From positions 1,491,459 to 1,555,458 of the forward strand of contig OY969562.1 of NCBI GenBank assembly GCA_963701035.1: DNA of 64,000 nt, read 5' to 3'. Below, piece after piece: positions 27,366 to 38,446 of this stretch (positions within the stretch are counted from its first letter, which is position 1; every line of letters begins with the position of its first letter). This stretch comes from an uncultured Solirubrobacterales bacterium. GTDB taxonomy: Bacteria > Actinomycetota > Thermoleophilia > Solirubrobacterales > Solirubrobacteraceae. The notes under the pieces were generated by a model. That model was given only the letters and a program-made list of their open reading frames with translations. It did not search any database and was not told where the DNA came from. Position numbers and translations under genes: made by a program.

Positions 27366-28127
27366 ATGAGGCGTAAGAACGACGCACACAAGGAAGAGTT
27401 GGAGGGCGTCGCTCAGCGCCTGCGCAACGAGCGTCCCGAGGCGAGCCCGCTGCAGCTCGACCAGATCAAGACTTCAGCGATGTCCCGCGCCAAGGCCGGC
27501 ACCCGCCGCCGCAGCGCCGGCACCCGTCGCCTCGCCACGGCCGGTCTGGCGATCGGTCTGCTGGCCGCCGGTACCGGCGGCGTCATCGCCGGTGGCGGCG
27601 GTGACCCCCACGGCGGCAGCAGCAGCATCAGCGCCTCCAACACGCAGTACGGCGGCACATGCGACATCAACAACGGCAACGGCAACGTCGGCGATGGCAA
27701 CGGCGCCGGCGCCAACAACAACGCCTGCAACGAAAACACCTTCATCGTCGAAAACAACAACAGCGTCACGACCATCAGCACCACCAACACCAACAGCGGT
27801 GGCACGACCAACAACAACTACTACTCGACGACGGTCAGCGCCACACCGGCGGCGAGCGGCGGTGTTCTGGCTTCCAAAACGACCAAGCTCAGCCTGCGTG
27901 ACATCAAGATCCACCTGAACCTGTCGGGCAAGACGCACCTGAAGAAGGTCACCCTGAAGCTCGACGGGAAAACCTTCAAGGTGCTGAAGGGCAAAGCCGC
28001 ATCGAAGAACATCACCCTGACGAACCTGCCGTGCAGCAACGGCGCCACGACGATCACCGTCGTCGCCGTCACCTCCAACGGCAAGACCGTCACGGAGAGC
28101 CACACGTTCCACCTGTGCCAGGCGTAG
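27366..28127 (+). CDS. Single-pass membrane protein with Asn/Thr-rich extracellular region (possible anti-sigma factor)
   Basis: Charged helical N-terminus, one TM, N/T-rich linker, beta-rich C-terminus; adjacent to an ECF sigma gene. Confidence 0.6.
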   Translation: MRRKNDAHKEELEGVAQRLRNERPEASPLQLDQIKTSAMSRAKAGTRRRSAGTRRLATAGLAIGLLAAGTGGVIAGGGGDPHGGSSSISASNTQYGGTCDINNGNGNVGDGNGAGANNNACNENTFIVENNNSVTTISTTNTNSGGTTNNNYYSTTVSATPAASGGVLASKTTKLSLRDIKIHLNLSGKTHLKKVTLKLDGKTFKVLKGKAASKNITLTNLPCSNGATTITVVAVTSNGKTVTESHTFHLCQA

Positions 28128-28163
28128 AGCCCGGGCCACAGGCAGCCTGACCGTCTCGCAGCG

Positions 28164-28195
28164 AGGCCCCCTGGGAACTGAATCCCGGGGGGCCT
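28164..28195 (+). terminator. Stem-loop after 27366-28127
   Basis: AGGCCCCCTGGGA / TCCCGGGGGGCCT inverted repeat. Confidence 0.55.
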
Positions 28196-28236
28196 TCGCT
28201 CCATCTGACCAGCCAACTGCCCACCCCAAGGAACCG

Positions 28237-28794
28237 ATGGCTCACGAACTGACGAACCCGCCCAGACGGGCAACCGTGCAGCGAGACGCCAGAATGTCGC
28301 TGCGTATGCGATCAGACACCTTCGAGCGACTGTTCGAGGAGCACGCCGGCCGGCTGTTCTCCTTCCTGGTCTACCGCACCGGCAACCGGGCGCTGGCCGA
28401 GGACTTGCTCTCGGAAACCTTCGAGCGCGTGCTGCGCTCGCACCAGCGCTTCGACCCGCGCCGCGGCTCCGAGCGTCGCTGGCTGTACACGATCGCGCTG
28501 AACCTGCTGCGCGACCACGCCCGCCGCCAGACGCACGAGGAGCAACTCCTGCGCCACGCAAACGCGGGCGACACGCTCGATCACTTCGACGCCGGGCTGG
28601 ACGCGGTCGAGCACCGCGACGAGCTCTACCGCGCGCTCGCGACGCTCAACGAGGACGAGCGCGAGGCGCTCGCGCTGCGCTTCGGCGCCGATCTGAAGCT
28701 GCGCGACGTGGCGAGCGTGCTCGGCGACGGCGAGAGCGCGGTCGAGGGCCGGATCTACCGAGCGCTAGGCAAGCTCCGCGCCGAGCTGCAGTAG
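28237..28794 (+). CDS. ECF RNA polymerase sigma-70 factor
   Basis: AEDLLSETF..FDPRRG..WLYTIALN; EREALALRF..VEGRIYRAL; true start may be 28294 or 28306. Confidence 0.9.
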   Translation: MAHELTNPPRRATVQRDARMSLRMRSDTFERLFEEHAGRLFSFLVYRTGNRALAEDLLSETFERVLRSHQRFDPRRGSERRWLYTIALNLLRDHARRQTHEEQLLRHANAGDTLDHFDAGLDAVEHRDELYRALATLNEDEREALALRFGADLKLRDVASVLGDGESAVEGRIYRALGKLRAELQ

Positions 28795-28799
28795 TCCCG

Positions 28800-29198
28800 T
28801 CAGGGCGTTTCCACGCAGCAGCCGCTGACGGTCAGCGCGGGGTGTAGCAATGGGCCGGAGATGGGCTCGCCGAAGCCGGAGATCGAGCGGTCGGCGTGGA
28901 CGGTCACTCCGAAGCGCACGCTCGGGGGACGCGGGTAGCGCACGACACAACTCCAGGGGTTGCCCAGAGCGCTGTGTGCAGACGTTGTGCAATGCGCGGC
29001 CCGAGCCCGGCCCGAGTAACCCGGCCGGGAGTCCTTGCTGGTCAGCAAGAGCGTCTGCAGCGCGGCCGGCTGCACGGGAACCAGCGATTGCTGCTGGAGC
29101 ACGAACTCGGCGTTGCTTTCGTGGCTTTTCAGCGCCACCACGGTCCCCGCGATCCCCGCAACGAGAATCAGCGCGACGAGGATCCCCGGCCGCCTCAT
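28800..29198 (-). CDS. Small secreted hypothetical protein
   Basis: Signal-like N-terminus, paired cysteines. Confidence 0.6.
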   Translation of the reverse strand: MRRPGILVALILVAGIAGTVVALKSHESNAEFVLQQQSLVPVQPAALQTLLLTSKDSRPGYSGRARAAHCTTSAHSALGNPWSCVVRYPRPPSVRFGVTVHADRSISGFGEPISGPLLHPALTVSGCCVETP

Positions 29199-29243
29199 GC
29201 GTGCTTGCCATCCATCGCGTTCAGGATAAAGACACGAGGGCGG

Positions 29244-30047
29244 TCAGGGAGCGAGCCGCTCGCCGAAGAACGAGAGGATCTCGTCGCGCGCGGCGAGCGT
29301 CGGCTGGCCCGCTTCGTCGATCAGATGGGCGGTCACCACGCTGTGCGGGCAGCCGACGACGTCTTTGAAGAACGGTGCGGTGTCGGTGCTGGCGGCGCTG
29401 TCGGGGAGCACGCGCCCGACGAAGCGCTCGCCGAGCGCCTGTTTGTAGGCCGCGAACCGCTCGGCTTTGCACCAGCGATCGCCCTCGAAGCGGTAGGCCA
29501 GCACGGTCAGATCCTCCCGCGCCAGGCGCTCGCCGACCGCGACCAGCTCCTCGGGGGCGATCTCCAGCCCGGCCGGATCGCCGAGCGGCAGCGTCGGCTC
29601 GGCCAGCACCGGCGCCAGCATCGCGGGCTCGAGCATCATGCTCAGCGCGAAGTTGCCGGTGAAGCACATCCCGATCGCGCCTACGCCGGGGCCGCCGCAC
29701 TCGCCGTGAGCCAACCTCGCCAGCGACCGCAGCCACTGGGTCACCGGGCTCGACTCGTTCGCGGCGAAGGCCCTGAACTCGGCGCTCACGCACGCCCGCT
29801 GAAAGACCGCCGCGCCCTCCTCGACGCCCGGCACCGCGCCGTCGCGGCCGAACAGCGAGGGCATGTAGACGGTGAAGCCTGCCTCCCTCACCCAGCGGCT
29901 GAAGCGCGCGACGTGCGGGCTGATGCCCGGCATCTCCGTCATCACGATCACCGCCGGCCCGGTCCCGGCCGTGTGCACGACCTTCGCGACGCCTTCCAGC
30001 ACGATCTCGCGGGAAACGAAGTCCTCGAGCGGGTCGTCCTCGTGCAT
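29244..30047 (-). CDS. Dienelactone hydrolase family protein
   Basis: TEMPGIS, GMCFTG nucleophile, HSV. Confidence 0.9.
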   Translation of the reverse strand: MHEDDPLEDFVSREIVLEGVAKVVHTAGTGPAVIVMTEMPGISPHVARFSRWVREAGFTVYMPSLFGRDGAVPGVEEGAAVFQRACVSAEFRAFAANESSPVTQWLRSLARLAHGECGGPGVGAIGMCFTGNFALSMMLEPAMLAPVLAEPTLPLGDPAGLEIAPEELVAVGERLAREDLTVLAYRFEGDRWCKAERFAAYKQALGERFVGRVLPDSAASTDTAPFFKDVVGCPHSVVTAHLIDEAGQPTLAARDEILSFFGERLAP

Positions 30048-30224
30048 GCTCCGGGCCGGCATCGGGCTGCAGCCTAACCCGCGGAGCGTCCCGCGGTCTC
30101 AGCCCGCGAAGATCTTCACGGGTGTGCCCGGTCCGATCCGCGCCCGATGCGAGGGACATCCCTTCTATGTCCAAACACCGCGATCTGACTCACACACCCG
30201 CGCACCCCGCCCGATAGCGGGAGG

Positions 30225-31082
30225 GTGAGCCACCTAAAGAACCACCTCCGAACCTTCCTCTTCAAGCTACTCGTCAGCGCCGCGGCGCTGCTCGCGTGTG
30301 CGTTTGCCGGCCTCGTCAACGAGGCCAGCGCGGCGCGGACGGTCCGCCTGGAGGCTCCGATCGCGAGAATCGCCACGCGCTCCGGCGCCAAGTCCGCGCG
30401 GCACTCGCACGGCGCCTGCTCGACCGAGAGCCGGCGACGCAAGGGACGCGCGGCCTGCCGCTCGCGCAAGACCGAGTCCCACGCGGCGCGAAACCACGCT
30501 CCCCGTCATACCCGGGTCAAAGGCAAGGCCAGGACGGCCACACCGAAGACGGCCGCCTCGACGCCCGCCAGCAGCGCGTCGATCATCGCCGGCGTGCTCG
30601 CTACGCCCTGCGCGAACACCGAACTGACGCCCGAAGCGGGCAACATCGAAACGATCGACACCGCGACCCTCTGCCTGGTCAACCAGGAGCGCGCCCGCAA
30701 CGGCGAGCTGCCGCTACAGCCCAACGCGCAGCTCGCGCAGGCCGCGCAGGGCCACAGCGAAGAAATGGTCAGCGAGGACTACTTCGCGCACGTCGCGCCG
30801 AGCGGCCTGACGCCGGTCGAACGCGTCGTCGCCACCGGCTACGTCCCCAACTCCGAAGTCGGTTATACGCTCGGCGAGAACATCGCCTGGGGCACGCTCC
30901 AGCTGAGCACCCCGAGCGCGATCGTCGCGGCCTGGATCGCCTCGCCCGAGCACCTCGCGAACATCCTCTACAGCCCCTACGTCGACACCGCGATCGGCGT
31001 CGCCCCCGAGGCGCCCGCCGCCCTCGGCGAAGGCCAGCCGGGAGCCGTCTACTCGCAGGAGTTCGGCGTAATCGTCGAATGA
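30225..31082 (+). CDS. CAP (SCP-like) domain protein
   Basis: LVNQER..AQGHSEEM..YFAH..GENIAWG..WIASPEH.ANIL. Confidence 0.9.
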   Translation: MSHLKNHLRTFLFKLLVSAAALLACAFAGLVNEASAARTVRLEAPIARIATRSGAKSARHSHGACSTESRRRKGRAACRSRKTESHAARNHAPRHTRVKGKARTATPKTAASTPASSASIIAGVLATPCANTELTPEAGNIETIDTATLCLVNQERARNGELPLQPNAQLAQAAQGHSEEMVSEDYFAHVAPSGLTPVERVVATGYVPNSEVGYTLGENIAWGTLQLSTPSAIVAAWIASPEHLANILYSPYVDTAIGVAPEAPAALGEGQPGAVYSQEFGVIVE

Positions 31083-31204
31083 GCGGGCTCGGACTGGGCC
31101 CCGCTCCCCGTAGCCGGGGCTCGGCCGGACGGCTCGCGCGCCGCGGATAGGCGCGCGGCACTGCCCCGACGGCCCTCGCGCCATCGGCGCGGACCTACGC
31201 GCGT

Positions 31205-32731
31205 TTAGAGTCCGTGGCGTCCGAGGACGTGCGGGACTGTGCGCAGCATGATCTTGATGTCCTTCCAGAGGGTCCAGTTCGCGACGTAGAGGTAGTCGAT
31301 CGCGACCATCTCCGCGAGCGGTACGCGTGCGGGACCGAGGATTTGCCAGTGGCCGGTCATCCCGGGGGTCAGCTCGAGGCGGCGGCGGTGCCAGCCCTGC
31401 ACGCGCTGGTCCTCCTCGACCACGAGCGGACGGGGGCCGACGAGGCTCATCTCGCCTTTGAGGATGTTCAGTAGCTGCGGCAGCTCGTCCAGCGCGCTCT
31501 TGCGCAGGAACGACCCGACCCTTGTGACGCGGGGGTCGTCGGCGATCTTGAAGAGGCCCTCCTGCGCTTCGTTGCGGTCGCGCAACCCATCCTTCAGCGC
31601 TTCCGCGTCGGGGACCATCGTGCGGAACTTCAGCATGTAGAAGCGCTCGCCGTGCTGGCCGACGCGCAACTGGCGGAAGAACACCGGACCGCGACTGTCG
31701 AGCTTGATCGCCACCGCGATCGCGGCCAGCAGCGGCGAGACCGCGAGCAGACCGAGCGAAGCGCCCAGCAGGTCGAAGCTGCGCTTGACGACTCTCGAGG
31801 AGCGCGTCAGCTCGAAACGACGGACACCCATCACCGTGACGCCGTGCAGGTCGTCGAACTCAACCGAGGAGCCCACGACCTCCAACAGGCGCGGCAGCAC
31901 GCTGACACGCACACCGACGGCCTTCAGAGTACGCACGAGGTTCAGGATCTCCCCGCCCTCCGCGCCGCCGGGCGCGACGATCGCGCGGTGCACGTCGAGC
32001 GTCTGCGCGAGATCGCGGATCTCCGCGAGGCGCCCCGCCGAGAGCGCGTCGGTCGACCACGGCGCGGCCTTGTCGAGATCGAGCTGCGCGACCATCTCCG
32101 CCTTCACACCGCGATGACCGGTCAGCTTGCAGCGAATCGTCCGCGCGGAAGCCTCGTCGCCAACGAACAGGCAACGCTCCACCGGCGCCATACGCAAAGC
32201 GATCGCGCGGGCCGCCGCGCGCGCCAACACCAGCCCGGCAAGCAACGCCAGCCACAACACGAGCGCTTCGGGGCGGCGCAGAAAACCGCCCCTCACGATC
32301 AATTCGCTACCAAGCCACGCCGTCAGCGCGCACAACGTCGCCAGGTGGAACAGCTTCGGCACCTCGTCGAGCGTCGTCTTACGCAACAACGTCTCATCAC
32401 GGTCATACAACCCAAACAACTTCGCCCCCACCAACAACAACGGCAGACCCACCAGGCTCAACCACGTCAACTGCAACGATCGCGAAGAAAGCTGCGTCAC
32501 CAACAGGAACGTCCCCGCGATCGCGATCACATCCGCCCCCAACAACATCCTGCGAAACAACGCATCCCGCCGCAAACTCGCCGCCGGCCCACGCGCCTCC
32601 GTGATCTGCTGCGCAGACGGCCGACGCCGAATCCCCAACCCCACCAAACCACGCGAACCACCGCCCAACGCCTCCACACGACCAAGAGGCGTATACACCC
32701 CAGCCTCCTTGCGTTGCGTCTCACCGTTCAT
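31205..32731 (-). CDS. Polyprenyl glycosylphosphotransferase (sugar transferase, WcaJ/CpsE-like)
   Basis: [40 protein letters not shown]. Confidence 0.95.
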   Translation of the reverse strand: MNGETQRKEAGVYTPLGRVEALGGGSRGLVGLGIRRRPSAQQITEARGPAASLRRDALFRRMLLGADVIAIAGTFLLVTQLSSRSLQLTWLSLVGLPLLLVGAKLFGLYDRDETLLRKTTLDEVPKLFHLATLCALTAWLGSELIVRGGFLRRPEALVLWLALLAGLVLARAAARAIALRMAPVERCLFVGDEASARTIRCKLTGHRGVKAEMVAQLDLDKAAPWSTDALSAGRLAEIRDLAQTLDVHRAIVAPGGAEGGEILNLVRTLKAVGVRVSVLPRLLEVVGSSVEFDDLHGVTVMGVRRFELTRSSRVVKRSFDLLGASLGLLAVSPLLAAIAVAIKLDSRGPVFFRQLRVGQHGERFYMLKFRTMVPDAEALKDGLRDRNEAQEGLFKIADDPRVTRVGSFLRKSALDELPQLLNILKGEMSLVGPRPLVVEEDQRVQGWHRRRLELTPGMTGHWQILGPARVPLAEMVAIDYLYVANWTLWKDIKIMLRTVPHVLGRHGL

Positions 32732-33051
32732 AGTGCCTCCCCAGCCTCCTTGCCTGCCATCACGACCCCCATGATGGACGCTCCCGTCTCAAACAGATGT
32801 TGAGATCCCGCTATCCAGCTCAAGGCAAGAATCTTGCACATCTCGGGCCATTCTGCAAGGACGGTTGTCTAAGAAACCAATCGAGGACTTGGCTCAGTTG
32901 CTAGGGATTCCTACTCTTGGAAACAAACGTCGGCATTTCCCAGGCGGAGATGACTCGATCTCGCCGGGTCGGTGTAGGCCGGCATCTGCCGGAACGTGCG
33001 CTGAGCCGTCCACGCGAAGCTGGCCACGCCTGGCCATAGTCTTCTGAGCGG

Positions 33052-33825
33052 ATGATCGACCTGCACACCCACATCCTGCCCGGCATCGACGACGGCCCCG
33101 AGACGGTCGAGGACTCGCTCGAGCTCGCGCGCGCCGCCGTGGCCGCGGGCGCGCGGATGCTCGTCGCCACGCCCCACGTCTCCTGGACCTACCCCAACGA
33201 CCACGGCACGATCGCCGCGCGCGTCGACGAGCTCCGCGGGCGCCTGGAGGCCGAGGGGATCCCACTCGAGCTCCGCCCCGGCGCCGAGATCGCGATGACG
33301 CGGCTCGTCGACATGCGCAGCGAGGATCTGCTGCCGCTGCGTCTCGGCGGCGGCGGTTGGCTGCTGGTCGAGCCGCCGTTCTCGCCGACGGTCACCGGGC
33401 TGCAGCCGCTCCTGCTCGATCTGCAGCGTCAGGGCCACGGGATCCTGCTCGCCCACCCCGAGCGCTGCCCGGCCTTTCACCGCGAGCCGGAGATGCTGCG
33501 CGAATTCGTGCACGAGGGCGTCCTCACGTCGGTCACCGCCGGCTCGCTCGTCGGGCGCTTCGGCGGGGAGGTGCGCCGCTTCGCGCTGAAGATGGTGCGC
33601 GAGGAACTGATCCACAACGTCACCTCCGACACCCACGACCCCGTCCGCCGTCCGCCGGGGACGGCCGCGGAGCTCCGCACGGCCGGCCTCGGGCCGCTGG
33701 AGGACTGGCTCACCGAGGAGGTGCCCACCGCGATCCTCGACGGCGGCGAGATCCCACCCCGCCCCGAGGTCGAGCTCCCCGAGATCGAGCCGGTCCGGCG
33801 GACCTGGTGGCGCAGACGGCCCTAG
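33052..33825 (+). CDS. CpsB/CapC-type PHP tyrosine phosphatase
   Basis: MIDLHTHILPGIDDG, ATPH, AHPER, SDTH. Confidence 0.95.
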   Translation: MIDLHTHILPGIDDGPETVEDSLELARAAVAAGARMLVATPHVSWTYPNDHGTIAARVDELRGRLEAEGIPLELRPGAEIAMTRLVDMRSEDLLPLRLGGGGWLLVEPPFSPTVTGLQPLLLDLQRQGHGILLAHPERCPAFHREPEMLREFVHEGVLTSVTAGSLVGRFGGEVRRFALKMVREELIHNVTSDTHDPVRRPPGTAAELRTAGLGPLEDWLTEEVPTAILDGGEIPPRPEVELPEIEPVRRTWWRRRP

Positions 33826-33968
33826 CCGCGCGGCACACGCAGTGATGGCAGCCCCGAGCGCGGCGATTGCCGGCTTCCGGGCCGCGATCGCCCCCTCATA
33901 CGATCGTCCACAGCACGACAGTTTGACCTTTTGATTGTGGCGATTGTGTCGTATAGACGGTAAGCCGA

Positions 33969-35683
33969 TGCTTACCGAAGAGGACACCCTCGCAAGCTCG
34001 CTCAACTTCCGGCTCGAGGAGCTGGCCACGCACAATCGGCGTGCCGAAGCCCGGCGCGCACGGCGCGTGTCCAGGCCGCGCCATCTGATCGCGCTCCTGC
34101 CGCTGTCGATCCTCGCCACGCTTGCCGTGATCGTGGGGCCGGTGGCAATCGTCGCCGCGCTCGTGCCCGACCACGGGCTCCTCTGGGCGCCGCTCGCCGT
34201 CCTGGCGGTGGTCGCCGGTTCGCTCACGATCGCCTCGGCGGGTTCCTGGATCTGGATGCGCTGGCCACCCTCGCGGGAGATGATCTTCGCCGAACTGATG
34301 CTGTGGGGCTGGATCCGGCGCTTCTGGGTGGAGCGACGCCTCGCTCGCACACGAGACCTGTTCGAATCGGCGCGCGCATCCGGCTCCCCGGTCAGCATCG
34401 AGTTGCTCACACAGCTCAGCGACCAGCTCCATGAAGTCGACCCGTATGTGCACGGACACGGTCGCCGGGTCTCCTCCTACGCCGGCCGGATCGCACGCGA
34501 GCTGCGTCTCTCCGCGAGCGAGATCGGCAAGATCGAGGCGGCCGCGCTCGTGCACGACGTCGGCAAGATCTACACGCCGCGCGAGATCCTGCACAAGCCC
34601 GGCCGGCTGACCGATCGCGAGTTCGCGATCGTCAAGCTCCACCCGCGCGACGGCGCGGAGCTGCTCGGCGGCGTCGGCGACGCGGAGATCGCCGAGATCG
34701 TGCTCCATCACCACGAGCGCCTCGACGGCCACGGATATCCAGACGGCATCGGCGGGGAGGAGATCCCCCTGGGAGCTCGGATCATCGCGGTCGCGGACAC
34801 CTTCGACGCGATCACATCGATCCGTTCCTACAGGCCTTCGCGCAGCCACAAGGAAGCGATCGACATCCTCTCCGCCGAGTCCGGCAGGCAGCTCGACGCG
34901 GACGTCGTGGCGGCTTTCCTGGCCTGCTACGCGGCGCGCCGCCTCGTCGCCCGATCGGCCTTCGCCGGCGCCGTGCCCGAGCGCTTGATCGCCGCCTTCA
35001 AAGGCTCGTCGGCGGGCCTCGGCGCGCACTCGCTGGCGCAAACGCTCCCCGCCCTCGGGGTCGCGGGCGTGCTCGCCGCATCCCCGGTGCTGCAGCACGC
35101 CGGAGCCGACACCAGTCGACACCGGGCCACGCGCAGCCTCGCGAGCCTCGCGGGAGATCCGGCGCAAATTCGAGCAAACCGCGCCGAGACCATCGCGCAA
35201 ACCGGCCCGCTCACCGTCGCGCGACAGCGACAGTCGCCACGGGCAAAGATCGACCCGCGCGGCACGGGAGGGGGCGATCCGAGCACGAAGCCTCGCGCGG
35301 GCGCGGGCGGGAGCGCGGGCGAGTCGCAACCGCCGGCGGGCTCCCCCGCCTCACCCCAGAGCCCGGCCCCTCAGGGAGCGCAGCAGACACCCAAGCCGGC
35401 GCCCTCCGCCCCGAGCTCCCCGCCGGTCACCGTCCAGCCGTCAGGACCCGCGCCCTCGACACCAGTGCCGATACCGACGCCACCGCGGACGCCCGTCGCG
35501 GTCTCCCCACCTGCCGTGGAAATCTCCGTGCCCACCGCCGGCACTCCGGCCGTGACGATCCCGACGACGACGGTGCTCCCGAGCGTCAGCACCCCAAGCG
35601 TCACCGTGCCTAGCGTCACCGTCCTGGGCGCCACCACGCCGAGCATCACCGTGCCGAGCATCGATCTGCAAGGCGGCGGCTGA
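33969..35683 (+). CDS. Membrane HD-GYP phosphohydrolase with Pro/Thr/Ser-rich tail
   Basis: HG.RV, HDVGK, HHERLDGHGYPDG, IPLGARIIAVADTFDA; start uncertain. Confidence 0.85.
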
Positions 35684-35712
35684 ACGCGCCACCGCCCGAG
35701 CGGCCGCCGTCC

Positions 35713-36960
35713 CTACTCCGGGATCGAGGTGCCGGGCCCGGAGAGCTCGAACGCCGCGTGCAGCGTCTGGACTGCGCGCGGAACGAGCGAGCGATCGATC
35801 ACGCAGGAGATCTTGATCGGCGAGGTGGCGATCATCTCGATGTTCACGCCCTCCTCGGCGAGCGTCGAGAAGACACGTGCCGCGACGCCCGGGTGCGAGC
35901 GCATGCCGGCGCCGATGATCGAGACCTTACCCATCTCCTCGTGCGTGGTCATCGCGGCGAACGCGTCCCCCGTGAGCGGCTCGAGCGCCGCGCGGGAGGT
36001 GCGCAGGTCCTCGCGCGGGACGGTGAAGGAGATCTCCGCCAGGCCGCCCGCGGAGGTGGGCTCGTTCTGGACGATCATGTCGACGTTCACGTTCGCGCCG
36101 GCGAGCGCCTCGAAGATGCGCGCGGCGGCGCCTAGCTCGTCGGGGACGCCGACGAGCGTGAGGCGCGCCTCGTCGGTCGAGTGGGTGACGGCTGTGATCA
36201 GGGGTTGCTCCATCGTGCCTTCTTCGAGCACAACCGTACCGGGCTCGGAATCGAAGGAGGAGCGGCAGCGGATGCGCACGCCGTGGTTGCGCGCGTACTC
36301 GACCGAGCGTAGCTGCAACACGCCCGCGCCGGAGGCGGCCATCTCGAGCATCTCCTCGAAGGAGACGGTCGCGAGCTTGCGCGCGTCTGGCACGATCCGC
36401 GGATCGGCGGTAAAGACGCCGGAGACGTCGGTGTAGATCTCGCACTCCTCGGCGCCTAGCGCGGCGGCGACCGCGACCGCGGTCGTGTCCGAGCCCCCGC
36501 GACCGAGCGTGGTGACGTTCTTGGCGGTGGAAGAGACGCCCTGAAAGCCGGCGACCAGCACGATCGCGTCCTCGTCGAGCGCCGCCCTGACGCGGTCCGC
36601 GCGCACGTCGAGGATCCGCGCCTTCGTGTGCGAGTCGTCGGTCACGATCCCCGCCTGGGAGCCCGTCAGCGAGATCGCGCGGTGGCCGAGGTCGTTGATC
36701 GCGATCGCGCAGAGCGCGCAGGAGATGCGCTCGCCGGAGGAGAGCAGCATGTCCATCTCGCGCGGGTCGGGATCGGCGGAGAGCGCCTGCGCCATCGCGA
36801 TCAGCTCGTCGGTCGTCTTGCCGCGCGCGGACAGCACCGCAACCACACGGTAGCCCGCCTCGCGCTTCTCGACGATCCGGCGCGCGGCGCGCTTGATCCG
36901 CTCGGCGTCGGCGACCGAGGTGCCGCCGAACTTCATTACGACGATCTCACTTTTGGGCAT
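35713..36960 (-). CDS. lysC: Aspartate kinase
   Basis: [24 protein letters not shown], two ACT domains. Confidence 0.97.
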   Translation of the reverse strand: MPKSEIVVMKFGGTSVADAERIKRAARRIVEKREAGYRVVAVLSARGKTTDELIAMAQALSADPDPREMDMLLSSGERISCALCAIAINDLGHRAISLTGSQAGIVTDDSHTKARILDVRADRVRAALDEDAIVLVAGFQGVSSTAKNVTTLGRGGSDTTAVAVAAALGAEECEIYTDVSGVFTADPRIVPDARKLATVSFEEMLEMAASGAGVLQLRSVEYARNHGVRIRCRSSFDSEPGTVVLEEGTMEQPLITAVTHSTDEARLTLVGVPDELGAAARIFEALAGANVNVDMIVQNEPTSAGGLAEISFTVPREDLRTSRAALEPLTGDAFAAMTTHEEMGKVSIIGAGMRSHPGVAARVFSTLAEEGVNIEMIATSPIKISCVIDRSLVPRAVQTLHAAFELSGPGTSIPE

Positions 36961-37224
36961 GCCGGCCAGGATATAGGCGCGTCAGTGAGGCTCATCGCTT
37001 TTGTGCGTTTGGGAAGTTCGGGCTCACGATCATGTTCGCGATGGCCGAACTGGATCTCGATCGCACCACTGAGAACGAGCGGTGAACGTCTTGATCGGAC
37101 GGCAGGCGTATCTCAGCGAGGCCCATTACGGCGAGCACGTCCGCCCCGGACGCGCACGAGCGGCTGTCTAGAGTCGTCTGCTATAGTAATCTTGTAAGCA
37201 AGTAAGCACAATTCTGGAGAAGCG

Positions 37225-37548
37225 ATGAGTGAGCGCACCACCAAGAGCATCCGCATCACCGAGGACGCCCAACGCCTCCTACGACTTGTGGCCGCGTTCG
37301 AGGATCGCACCGAGGGCGCGATCGTTGAGGACGCCCTAGCCGCATACCTGCAGATCCGCTCGCTCGGCTACGGGAGTGTCCTGGGAGAGGCCCGAGACCT
37401 CGCGCACACTACGCCGGAGGATGTCGGCGATACCGTCGCCAGGCTCACAAGCGCGATCGAGAAAGCGCTTGCCAACGGCCACCATGCTCCAAAGCCCGGA
37501 GCGGCCAAGCAGCGCCTGCGCCAGCGGGCCAAACAGCGCGCCGCCTAG
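37225..37548 (+). CDS. Small ribbon-helix-helix-like DNA-binding protein
   Basis: TKSIRITEDAQRLLRLVA..TEGAIVEDAL pattern. Confidence 0.55.
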   Translation: MSERTTKSIRITEDAQRLLRLVAAFEDRTEGAIVEDALAAYLQIRSLGYGSVLGEARDLAHTTPEDVGDTVARLTSAIEKALANGHHAPKPGAAKQRLRQRAKQRAA

Positions 37549-37596
37549 CAAGCCAGCCTACGCGTCCGCGACCGTAGCTCCGCGTATCTTCCCGGC

Positions 37597-38367
37597 GTGC
37601 TCGAACGTTGGCTGACCAGCCGCTGTTGGCGCGAGGATGCCCCCGCGCTCACGACGGCCCGTGGGGCGATCTTCAAGTTTCTCGAACAACAGGATCAGCG
37701 AGCCTCCGGGACCGAGCCGTTCGCCGCCGCCGAAAAGCCAGACACCTTCACCTACCACTTCGGCAAAGGCCGCGGTGTCCGCTGGCACGACAAGCCACGC
37801 CGCCTGCTCTGGCTGTGCGCGTTCGACGACGCGCACGACCGCGGCTATGAGCACGCCGAGCGCCTGCAGCAATCCGGAACGCTCTACCCCGACATCGAGC
37901 AGGCCTCCCGCTCCTCAGAGAGCGCGCTGCTGCCCTGGGGAACGTACGTGGACGAGGACGCCCACGAGTGGGCACGCGCACTCTATGGCGCCCTCGAAGC
38001 CTGGGAGATCAACGCCGCTCAGCTCTCCGCCGGGGAGACGGTCAGCTACCCCTCGGCCCTCTACCTCGAGCTGTCCAAGGACCAGGATGAGATCTGGACG
38101 CTCGTTATCCGCCGACGCCTCGCCTACCTCCACACCGGGGCGGAGGAGCGCGAGCGGTGGCTGACCAACGGCGAGATACACGCCCTCTTCCGGCACCTCG
38201 CCGGCCAGCCCGACGAGGACGACTACGAGTTCGAGAACCCACCACACCCCCAAGCATTCCTCTTCGCACAGGTCCACTTCCTAAGCGGCGCCATTTCCCC
38301 CGCGTCATGGCTGAAGCAAGTCTGCGATCAAGCCACAGTCGGCACGCAGCCTTCTCTCGTCACCTGA
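37597..38367 (+). CDS. Hypothetical protein, possible toxin
   Basis: N-terminal GRGVRWHD..LLWLCAF..H..GY pattern reminiscent of RelE-like folds; start uncertain. Confidence 0.5.
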   Translation: MLERWLTSRCWREDAPALTTARGAIFKFLEQQDQRASGTEPFAAAEKPDTFTYHFGKGRGVRWHDKPRRLLWLCAFDDAHDRGYEHAERLQQSGTLYPDIEQASRSSESALLPWGTYVDEDAHEWARALYGALEAWEINAAQLSAGETVSYPSALYLELSKDQDEIWTLVIRRRLAYLHTGAEERERWLTNGEIHALFRHLAGQPDEDDYEFENPPHPQAFLFAQVHFLSGAISPASWLKQVCDQATVGTQPSLVT

Positions 38368-38446
38368 CATAACGAATAGAGGTGAGCCGAGATTTAGTAG
38401 TCCTTAAAGGACATTGATCACGACGATCTCTGACATCGGCCGAGGA

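Noticed and set aside
25631-27389. Overlapping 579-581 aa ORFs across the O-antigen ligase gene
   Set aside because: Arg/Ala-rich alternative frames typical of GC-rich DNA
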